Source: Candidatus Wolframiiraptor gerlachensis (lineage in GTDB: Archaea; Thermoproteota; Nitrososphaeria_A; Caldarchaeales; Wolframiiraptoraceae). From it: 36,342 nucleotides of DNA. The stretch lies in contig JAJPCT020000007.1 in assembly GCA_021323375.2 (NCBI GenBank), positions 1 through 36,342 of the forward strand, in the 5' to 3' direction. The notes below the pieces were generated by a model. It did no database searches. It saw only the letters and a list, made by a program, of their open reading frames with translations, and was not told the DNA's origin. The translations under genes and the position numbers were made by a program. Of the stretch, positions 28,188-35,747 are shown one piece after another; position 1 is the stretch's first letter; each line of letters starts with the position of its first letter.

Positions 28188-29054
28188 ATGGCTATGAGTA
28201 GGGCTGTTTTCGTTGATACTTCTAGGACTGCTAGGGGCGGCAAGAGGAGGAAGCCACATGTATGCTATGATGGCAAGAGGATATTCAAGATAAGTAAGCT
28301 GACAAAGCTCAAGGATTACGACGAGATATTCATTGATACATTATTCCCGGAGATCTACGACGAGATTCTGCAACTATTGAGAAGGGGGAATAAGGTATAT
28401 TATTTAAAAGATTTGACCACATTGAAAAGGCTTAGAGAGCGAAACAATCTTAAGAAGAATGACGTTATTGATGCAACATTACTTTCACAAATTCCAAAGG
28501 ATTGTTTTAGACAATTAACAGAAACAGATCTGTCGATTGATCTACTGATTAGAAAATATGAGTTGCTTACAAAGAGAATTGTGACTTTGAAGCACTGGGT
28601 TAATGATGGATGGAATTATGGATTAAGGGATGTTATAAAGCTTATGAAAAAGGATAAGAGAAGTGTTGCGAAGAAGATTATTGAAGCGGTTTCCAATAAT
28701 GCAGTTTATAGGAAGGCTTGCGAGTTGTTTGGAATAAAGAGAAATAGCATTGAGCTAGCTATCTTAGTAGCAAAGCTACCTCTTCATTTACCGCTAGTGA
28801 GGCTAAGGGGATTACTAGGACTCTTCCCGGGCAGAAACAAGGGGAGATATGACCATGAACTAAGAAGACATGTTGGAAACTTTGCAGTTAATCTTTACTT
28901 GAATGCCAAAAGATTTCCGAATGTCTTGGATGAGGCTAAAGAGATTGTCAATAGTCTGCCCAACAACCAGGCAATATTCAGATTAGAGTTGCTAACCCTG
29001 AAGATTTTAAGGAAAGCCTATTTTGAGGCAATGAGGCCGCTGGCCGACGAGTAG
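28188..29054 (+). CDS. Compact IS110-related RuvC(DEDD)-coiled coil-Nop/Tnp protein lacking the catalytic Ser loop (TasR-like architecture)
   Basis: AVFVDTS, IFIDTL, KKNDVIDA (K-x-D-x-x-D-A of IS110), helical middle, LRGLLGLFPGRNKGRYDHELRR. Visibly more AT-rich than flanking genes. Confidence 0.78.
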   Translation: MAMSRAVFVDTSRTARGGKRRKPHVCYDGKRIFKISKLTKLKDYDEIFIDTLFPEIYDEILQLLRRGNKVYYLKDLTTLKRLRERNNLKKNDVIDATLLSQIPKDCFRQLTETDLSIDLLIRKYELLTKRIVTLKHWVNDGWNYGLRDVIKLMKKDKRSVAKKIIEAVSNNAVYRKACELFGIKRNSIELAILVAKLPLHLPLVRLRGLLGLFPGRNKGRYDHELRRHVGNFAVNLYLNAKRFPNVLDEAKEIVNSLPNNQAIFRLELLTLKILRKAYFEAMRPLADE

Positions 29055-29202
29055 TAAAAGCCATAAAGGCCAGTAAGGCTGGTTAAGAAAACCCAGCACG
29101 GATGGATCCATCCGTGTATGGCTGGGAAATTTTCCCTGCTGGCCTTTATGGCTACGAGGACTCGCCGGCCAGCCCTACCCCCACAACCCCCTTTTTCCTT
29201 TT
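29039..29202 (+). ncRNA. Putative structured guide/bridge-like ncRNA overlapping the stop codon of the IS110/Nop-like gene
   Basis: Nested stems GCTGGCCGACGAGT/ACTCGCCGGCCAGC and AGCCATAAAGGCCAG/CTGGCCTTTATGGCT (15 bp perfect); three inner hairpins; C-rich plus U-rich tail; homolog at 3319-3475. Confidence 0.7.
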
Positions 29203-29482
29203 AAGTTTAACCACGGTTATGATCCTTAGATATGTGAAGAATCTAAATGTCTGGTGTATGTACTCTAGTCCAAGACTATTAGATGCACATTGGTATCATG
29301 TTCCCTAGCCAATTATCATTATTTTGTTAAGGCACCTGTCCAAAGCCCTTAAAGTTACGAAGCTTACCATCGTCTCATCCAATGCTACAGCACTCTTTAA
29401 ACTCCTTATTTTCCCCGCAATCGGCCGCGGAAACCATTTTTCCATGAAGGTTTTTATCGAGGATGAGGTTCAAGTTTGATGC

Positions 29483-30352
29483 TTGTCGGAAGCGATTGAT
29501 CGTGAGGTTAGGGTGACGGCGAGGGCGTTTCTCCCGGTTGGGCTATCACTCGTGTTAAGCTGGTTCCTCACGCTACTTTCTAGGAGTATTGAGATGAGCT
29601 ATCCTACCCCGATTATAACGCCGATCGAGGAGCCCGAGCCGACAGCACCTCCCACGGAAGCCTTCTCGACCCCGGCACCATACCTAAACATGATCATAGT
29701 CCTCGGGCTGATAACAGTCTCAAGCCTAGTAATGCTCCACCTTGCTAGGAGGCGGAAGAACTTATTCAAGATTCTCACGGGGATCCTCATCTGGCTAATC
29801 TCCTTTGGCGTAACCGTAATCTACCTGATCAACATTGCCATGGCATTCGACTGGACGCTCCTAAGATTCTGGCTTCCAGCCGGCGCCCTCACAGCCTCCC
29901 TCATCACATATATCATGCTCAAGGGTGAGGGTCTGATAGCATCAATACCCGCAGCATACATCGCGTCCGGGGCTGGAGCGACGATAGGCATGAGTATATC
30001 ATACTGGACATTCATAGTCCTCCTACTGGGGATCTCGGCCTACGATGCATTCGCTGTTTATAAAGGCCACCTATCAACCCTGAGCAAGGAGGAGGCAATC
30101 TCCCTGAAAGGATTAACAGTCGAAGTTGATGACCTAGTTATAGGATTAGGCGACCTCTTCTTCTACTCCTTAACAGTCTCAGCGATCCTCCAATACATGG
30201 GGGTAGCGCCAGCAATCGCGGCGACAATCTCGATCCTAGTCGGCTACTCCATAACCCTGCTACTATTGAGGAAGAGGCGCATGCTCCCAGGCCTGCCGGT
30301 GCCACTCCTCCTGGCCATGGCCTCTGCGTTGGCCGTCAACCTCCTCCGCTAA
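29483..30352 (+). CDS. Presenilin-family intramembrane aspartyl protease
   Basis: SAYDAFAV (YD), GLGDL (GxGD), LPGLP (PAL-like), multiple TM helices. Confidence 0.9.
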   Translation: MSEAIDREVRVTARAFLPVGLSLVLSWFLTLLSRSIEMSYPTPIITPIEEPEPTAPPTEAFSTPAPYLNMIIVLGLITVSSLVMLHLARRRKNLFKILTGILIWLISFGVTVIYLINIAMAFDWTLLRFWLPAGALTASLITYIMLKGEGLIASIPAAYIASGAGATIGMSISYWTFIVLLLGISAYDAFAVYKGHLSTLSKEEAISLKGLTVEVDDLVIGLGDLFFYSLTVSAILQYMGVAPAIAATISILVGYSITLLLLRKRRMLPGLPVPLLLAMASALAVNLLR

Positions 30353-30500
30353 ATATTATCCCGTAGCATGTGGGGCTCTCTGCTTTAATATAGGCCCTTT
30401 ATGCCGGGCTTAAAGAGGCCTTCGGGCCCTTATCCGTCAGATTAACGGGTTTTTGCCTAAATGATTATATTTTTGTCTATTTTTGATGCCGTAGCTTGGC

Positions 30501-32306
30501 ATGCGGATGGAGGCGGAGGTATCGGCGCTGATCCCGAGTGTCGAGGAGATGACTATTGAGGGCTTTAAGGAGTCATTCAGGAGTATCTTGGAGCTTAAGC
30601 GGAGATGCGGTCTCCAGCCCTATCTTGATAATCCGCCGGATCTGCTTGAGCGCGCCAAGCTCTATGCCACGCACTATAAGAATGGCGCCCTCGGCTGGGC
30701 CTCGAATATCTGGCATAGATCCGAGGCGGGCTCAGCGGTAATAGAGAAGGATGAGGATCTAAAGTGGGAGCACAAGTTCCTGATGCGAAGGGTTCTCGAG
30801 CACCTCCTCGCCCAAGGCCCGCTCATTAAGGTGGATGGAATTTTGGGGAAACCCGGTAGCAGGGTTGAGCTAAGATGCAGGCTATACTGCGACCCGCAGT
30901 TCCCGGACATAGCATATAGGTGGAGCCAGCTAGCATTTCCGGGAGACCCCTCAAAGGAGCCGGATGTCGAGCTGATAGACATACCACATTACCTCGGCAA
31001 TCCGGTGAATCCCGAGACAGGCCGCATGCTCATGGTCCTTAGATTCCCCAACCATGACTTCACGATAGTCACCTGCTCATCGTATCAGGGCGAGGTGAAG
31101 AAAGGGTTCCTATCACACTGGATACTCCATGTTTATAAGAGAGGCGGGATCGGAGAGCACGCAGCCCTCAGGGAATTCACGGTAAAGAGGAAGGATGGAG
31201 GCGAGAAGAGGATAATCCTCTGCATCTGGGGGCTCACGGGCTCTGGGAAATCGACCCACGGCTTCTACGTCTGGGATAAGGAGAACGTCGACATATATGT
31301 GAGGAAGTTTGGCGTGAATCCGCTCGACTATGTTAAGGATCAGGATATCAAGAATGATGATATAGTCGCGATATTCGAGGATAGGGTTATCGGCTCTGAG
31401 CGCGGCTCCTGGACGAAGACCGAGGATGTTGACCAGAGCCAAGTCGCTATATGGAGAGCCGCCATGTCCCCGAGAGCGCTTCACGAGAACACAGAGTTCG
31501 ACGAGAATGGCAACCCATCTCTCGCCGGAAAGCTCTACCAATACTATGGCATGTTCAATAAGAATGCTAGATCCGTCTTCTTCCTCGAGGACACCGGATA
31601 CTTTAGGGGCGATGTCGAGTCAAGCGGTCCGATGAACATGGCGATATTCCTCTCGCCCGGCTACTTCACGGATTATGCCTGGGTCAAGATAACGGACCCG
31701 GCCTTCGCCGCGAAGGTCCTCGCCGATGGCAGGACTGTCGGCCACCCGGCCCAATCCCGGGATGCTTATGGCGTCGTGTTTTCAACTAGGTATTGTAAGC
31801 CTTTCACAATGGGCATTCCCTCGACGATGCATGTTATCAGATTTTACCAGATATTGAGGAAGAGGCTGGAGCAGGGAGACCCAATCGAGGTCTACCAGTT
31901 CAATACGACCGGCAAGATAATCGCGGAGTATAAGTGGGTTAAGACAAAGCTTGGCAATGAGGAGACCGAGATCCCGCAGCCGATCTTCAAGCTAGCGCCC
32001 GACGGCACGATGAAGCCCGTTGGAGGAACATCGCCGACAATAGAGGAGACGGAGCTCTTCATACTCCAAGCAGCCCGTGGCGCGGTAGAATATGAGCCCC
32101 ACCCAATCTGGGGTGAGAAGGTCTTAATCCCCGTCGAGGTTGAGGGGCTGCCCGAGGAGAGGCTTAAACAGCTATGGCCGACGACATATCTCTCGATGAG
32201 CGAGTTCAAGAGGCTGCTGGAGGCGCAAATAAAGCTCAGCAAATACTACCTAGATAAGGACTGCCCAGGCCTCCCACCCGAGATCTATAACGCAATGGAC
32301 TTTTAA
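30501..32306 (+). CDS. pckA: Phosphoenolpyruvate carboxykinase, divergent ATP-type
   Basis: YQGEVKKG, EHA, P-loop WGLTGSGKST, NDD, ERGSWTKT, LHEN, NARS, NTTG correspond to the PEPCK(ATP) motifs. Confidence 0.8.
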   Translation: MRMEAEVSALIPSVEEMTIEGFKESFRSILELKRRCGLQPYLDNPPDLLERAKLYATHYKNGALGWASNIWHRSEAGSAVIEKDEDLKWEHKFLMRRVLEHLLAQGPLIKVDGILGKPGSRVELRCRLYCDPQFPDIAYRWSQLAFPGDPSKEPDVELIDIPHYLGNPVNPETGRMLMVLRFPNHDFTIVTCSSYQGEVKKGFLSHWILHVYKRGGIGEHAALREFTVKRKDGGEKRIILCIWGLTGSGKSTHGFYVWDKENVDIYVRKFGVNPLDYVKDQDIKNDDIVAIFEDRVIGSERGSWTKTEDVDQSQVAIWRAAMSPRALHENTEFDENGNPSLAGKLYQYYGMFNKNARSVFFLEDTGYFRGDVESSGPMNMAIFLSPGYFTDYAWVKITDPAFAAKVLADGRTVGHPAQSRDAYGVVFSTRYCKPFTMGIPSTMHVIRFYQILRKRLEQGDPIEVYQFNTTGKIIAEYKWVKTKLGNEETEIPQPIFKLAPDGTMKPVGGTSPTIEETELFILQAARGAVEYEPHPIWGEKVLIPVEVEGLPEERLKQLWPTTYLSMSEFKRLLEAQIKLSKYYLDKDCPGLPPEIYNAMDF

Positions 32307-33745
32307 AAATGCATAAGTTTATTTTTCGATCCCCCTTCGGCCTCGAGTAGCTTGGCTACCACGTGCCTTAGGATGGTCTCCAGCTCCATGCTCAGCTTGT
32401 CGAACTCCCCAGATCCTCCCTCCCCGCTTATGTAGGCCGCCGGGTAAAGCTCTCCATCCAGCCTTATTCCAGCCCTCTCCGCTATCGTCTTTAAGGCCCT
32501 GTGCATGACCCTTATTATCTGATCCTCGGTCAGGGGCTTCGGCCTTATGCTGAGGTCCGCCAGCCTATACAGCTCCCGGAGATACTCGATCCCAAGGCTC
32601 TTGATGTCGTTATATCTGGACGTCCGGTGGCCCATCATGTATTCGATGTATTCGGCTGGAACCCCTCTGCTCGCGAGCCAGGTCCTGAAGTATTTTCTGA
32701 GGCTGTGGACCCTGACCTCATGCCTCTTCCCCTCCCCTATCCTGATGAGACCCGCCTTCGCATACAGCCGGTTGATGAGGCTGTAGACCGAGACCTCGGT
32801 TAAGGGCCTGGGGGGCCGATGCTCGGTCGCTATCAGGGGCGAATCGTCCGATATTATCTCCCCCCTCCGCCTCCTCTCCTCCAGGTAGAGCTTGAGGAAC
32901 TCGACGGCCTCGCTCCCGATGAAGGTATCATAGTCGCCATACTTCCCCTTCGTGATCTCGCTCTCCACGTGGATGTGGATGGGGGTTATCCCCCTCTCGA
33001 GGTCGTGTTTGACATGTCGATACTTTAAGCGAACTAGGGTCGAGAGCCTGAAGCCCCCTAGGGCCAGCATCGATACGATCACCTTCTCCCTCAAATTCGC
33101 CACCTCCAGCAGCTTCTGAAGCTCTTCAGGTCTCGGGGTTCTATCTTGATATACAGTGATGTTCTTGAGGGGCTTATCGAACTTGAACTCCAGTCCATTG
33201 GTCTTGTAGAGGGCCTTGACGGCCTCTATGCATAGGATCAGGTAGCTCGGGCTAGCCCCCCTGGACTTGAGAGCCAGTAGGTAGTCCTCAAGCCTTTGCC
33301 TCAGCCATTCCGATGAGCTGCTGTCTATCGAGGCCTCGTGGATCAATTGGTCCGGCGTCTTTCCGAGATATTTTGAGAACTTGTAGAGGTGGTAGATGCG
33401 GTTCCAGAGGGTCTTCCTGCTCCCGGTTCGATAGAGGAGGTAATACTTAGCCATATTCAGGACCGTCTTATTCTCCAGGGCGAATGATAGACAGGCCGGC
33501 GTGGACATGCAGACGGATTGAATTATGTAGTCAACCAAGTACAGATCCTCATCCCTTAAATCTGCCGGGACCTCGACCTCGACGGGCTTCTTCAGGGTCC
33601 CGCCATCCTTCCTCCTGTAAACGATTATCCTCCTCTTCCCATCCCTAGGCTTGGTGATCAGGTATCCGATCTTCCCCTGCTCCTCCACGACCCTGTCGAT
33701 CTCATCCCTCCTCACCCCTTCGAGAAGCTGCTTTGCCTTCTCCAT
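32303..33745 (-). CDS. Tyrosine recombinase/integrase
   Basis: Catalytic R (GFRLSTL), K (TKGK), HxxR (HSLRK), MGH, Y (SRYN); long N-terminal core-binding region. Confidence 0.93.
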   Translation of the reverse strand: MEKAKQLLEGVRRDEIDRVVEEQGKIGYLITKPRDGKRRIIVYRRKDGGTLKKPVEVEVPADLRDEDLYLVDYIIQSVCMSTPACLSFALENKTVLNMAKYYLLYRTGSRKTLWNRIYHLYKFSKYLGKTPDQLIHEASIDSSSSEWLRQRLEDYLLALKSRGASPSYLILCIEAVKALYKTNGLEFKFDKPLKNITVYQDRTPRPEELQKLLEVANLREKVIVSMLALGGFRLSTLVRLKYRHVKHDLERGITPIHIHVESEITKGKYGDYDTFIGSEAVEFLKLYLEERRRRGEIISDDSPLIATEHRPPRPLTEVSVYSLINRLYAKAGLIRIGEGKRHEVRVHSLRKYFRTWLASRGVPAEYIEYMMGHRTSRYNDIKSLGIEYLRELYRLADLSIRPKPLTEDQIIRVMHRALKTIAERAGIRLDGELYPAAYISGEGGSGEFDKLSMELETILRHVVAKLLEAEGGSKNKLMHF

Positions 33746-33778
33746 ACCCCCCTAGCGCCCCCTAACACTACAATTAGA

Positions 33779-33832
33779 TCTCTTATAACTCTTACTTCTA
33801 AGAGAAAACTGATAAAGCCTAGAATAAGGCTT
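33779..33832. promoter_or_regulatory. Two inverted repeats in the integrase/AbrB divergent promoter
   Basis: TCTCTTA-N13-TAAGAGA (33779-33805) and AAGCCT-N6-AGGCTT (33815-33832). Confidence 0.35.
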
Positions 33833-33845
33833 CTCATACCTAGAG

Positions 33846-34001
33846 ATGGAAGAGGTGCTCGGTTTAACGAAGGTCTCACAGAACCTCCAGACCAGGATAC
33901 CTAAGGACGTTGCTGAACTCCTCAAAGTCAAGGAGGGTGATCGAATACTGTGGGTTAAGGAAGGCGAGCGAATATATGTTAAGAAGGCCGAGATCAAGTA
34001 A
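33846..34001 (+). CDS. AbrB/MazE/SpoVT-family DNA-binding protein (51 aa)
   Basis: Not in the ORF track: MEEVLGLTKVSQNLQTRIPKDVAELLKVKEGDRILWVKEGERIYVKKAEIK*. Confidence 0.9.
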   Translation: MEEVLGLTKVSQNLQTRIPKDVAELLKVKEGDRILWVKEGERIYVKKAEIK

Positions 34002-34239
34002 GCTTCACCTCCTCGATCTCGACTATATCGCTCTTCAGGATGCAGATCCCAGTCGCGGGATGGATCCTCTCTTGGGGGGCATCTAGATCCCTAACCCAGA
34101 GGATCCAGACCGCGTGATCATCCTCGTCAAAGATCCACCCGAACGTCTCACGTAGGACGGGCTTCACCCTCACGGGATCAGAGTCTCTGAAGATCACATG
34201 ATCCCAGAACTTTACCCGAGCCAGCTTACCCTTTCTCAA
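33994..34239 (-). CDS. Small beta-rich hypothetical protein of the integrated element
   Basis: TTG 34239 overlaps the upstream TGA, SD GAGGTGG; LARVKFWDH...ETFGWIFDED...ILKSDIVEIEE. Confidence 0.65.
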   Translation of the reverse strand: MRKGKLARVKFWDHVIFRDSDPVRVKPVLRETFGWIFDEDDHAVWILWVRDLDAPQERIHPATGICILKSDIVEIEEVKLT

Positions 34240-34589
34240 GCCTCTACCACCACCTCGCGTCTTCCCATGTATTTGCAGGCGCAGTCTAGGCAGAGGTAGA
34301 GCGATACTCCATTCACCTTGAGCCAGATCTTCCCACGCTTTCTGAGGCAGTTCTCGCATCGACTCCAGTTCCTAACAAGCCTGACCTTGTTCCCAGCGAT
34401 CTTAAACCTCCATGACCCTTCCAAGGTGGCACGCAACTGGTCTATGCTCACGAAGAACCCGAGCCTCCTCTGAAGCTCTAGGTCGAGGACATGCAGGTCG
34501 ATCGGCTGCCTGAACCCTCTAAGGATATCCGTGATAAGCTCGATGAGCAATGGGATCGGAATCCTCTTACTCAGCTTTGTATAGCTCAA
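34236..34589 (-). CDS. Hypothetical protein, possible winged helix plus Zn finger
   Basis: Helical N-terminus, then CENC...CLDC. Confidence 0.65.
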   Translation of the reverse strand: MSYTKLSKRIPIPLLIELITDILRGFRQPIDLHVLDLELQRRLGFFVSIDQLRATLEGSWRFKIAGNKVRLVRNWSRCENCLRKRGKIWLKVNGVSLYLCLDCACKYMGRREVVVEA

Positions 34590-35145
34590 TCTTCCCGTCC
34601 CCCCTCCTTACAATGATTAGGGAGCTTCTGCTGAAGTCGTCAAGCGTGAGCTGGCCCTCCTCAACCGGGACCAGCTTGATGTCTCCGAGGTTCACAGCGA
34701 CCCGGGGAGCCGTAGCGAGCCGCCTGGGCTTCAGGCGGAGTGGGCCGCCGCAATGGGGGCAGCGCGTGTAGTTTTCCAGTTTCCTAGGCCACGCGTCATC
34801 ATTATCACCATTATAGATGTCGAACCAGGCATCACACCTGGGACAGTAGCGCTTTCTTCGATAGTGGGATTTCTCCGGCAGCCCCTTCGGCAACGTTAAC
34901 TCTTCATAGCATTTCTTATGCGCATAGACCCTTAAGCCCCAAAATGCCGTATAAAGCGACACGAGGCCATCATCCTCACTTGATACGCATTCCTCCCCCT
35001 TGCTGATCGCTTCACCGCAGATCCGACAGGTCCTCTTCCTCCTCGCGGTCTCGAGCATGACTTTAGCCTTGAGCCACGCCGAGATGATCCGCTCCTCTGA
35101 AACGCCTGCTGCAATCAAATCCGCGTTTGTTATCGGTTTCTTCAT
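34567..35145 (-). CDS. Double zinc-finger protein
   Basis: CRICGEAISKGE...HKKC (PARP-type-like) and CPRC...CPHC; ATGA overlap with the upstream gene. Confidence 0.7.
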   Translation of the reverse strand: MKKPITNADLIAAGVSEERIISAWLKAKVMLETARRKRTCRICGEAISKGEECVSSEDDGLVSLYTAFWGLRVYAHKKCYEELTLPKGLPEKSHYRRKRYCPRCDAWFDIYNGDNDDAWPRKLENYTRCPHCGGPLRLKPRRLATAPRVAVNLGDIKLVPVEEGQLTLDDFSRSSLIIVRRGDGKIELYKAE

Positions 35146-35744
35146 CTGCCTCTTTTCCACCTCCTAGGAGGTCTATGCTTGGCAGGCCTGACAGTGGCCC
35201 GGATGAAGCTCCAAGCAGCCTTATCCCTCAGCTCCTCGAGCTGCTCATCATCTAGCTTCTCGGAGAGAATGATTCTCCTGAAGTAGCGGTCAGTCTTATC
35301 ATACTCGAAGCTGACTTTTTCTCTACCATATCTCCCCTCCAAGAAGCCGCGAAGCCAGCCTATCGCAGGGTCGTCAATCCGCAGAGGCTTGAGGGGCTCA
35401 AGCGCTATCTCCTGATTATAGACAGCTATCCTCCCGAATAACTTCCCATTTTTGCTGAGAATCGGAATGGTCTTCTCCATTCTCTCCGCCTTGATCTTCT
35501 CTGATGTCTTAATCCCCTCTGGGATCTTAGGAGGCTGTGGAAGCTCAACGTCCTCTCCAAGGAACTTCCTCCTCAAAGCCCTATCAGCATATTCGAGGAC
35601 CTTCTCCAAGGCCTCAGGGTCAAGCTTGGGCGAGTCGGCCTCAATAACCCAGGTGTAGCTGCCTTTTTCCGTTCTCCTAAGCCGAATAGTCAGCCCCTCT
35701 TTTCGGATCGTGGTCTCTTTCCGCTCAAGCTCCTCGCTCACCAT
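35142..35744 (-). CDS. Hypothetical protein of the integrated element
   Basis: 200-aa ORF with SD GAGGGGTGA in an operon-like array. Confidence 0.7.
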   Translation of the reverse strand: MVSEELERKETTIRKEGLTIRLRRTEKGSYTWVIEADSPKLDPEALEKVLEYADRALRRKFLGEDVELPQPPKIPEGIKTSEKIKAERMEKTIPILSKNGKLFGRIAVYNQEIALEPLKPLRIDDPAIGWLRGFLEGRYGREKVSFEYDKTDRYFRRIILSEKLDDEQLEELRDKAAWSFIRATVRPAKHRPPRRWKRGR

Positions 35745-35747
35745 TTA

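Noticed and set aside
29102-29308. 68-aa ORF downstream of the RuvC-Nop gene
   Set aside because: Starts inside the inverted-repeat structure and looks non-protein-like; better explained as ncRNA plus terminator.
27400-29480. TIGR or CRISPR array next to the RuvC-Nop gene
   Set aside because: No tandem repeat-spacer periodicity on either side; only one structured unit is present.
32323-32345. TTCGATCCCC resembling a tRNA T-arm att remnant
   Set aside because: No pairing T-stem or acceptor sequence and no match to the three tRNAs in the window.
33752-33997. Minus-strand 81-aa ORF
   Set aside because: Antisense shadow of the AbrB gene.
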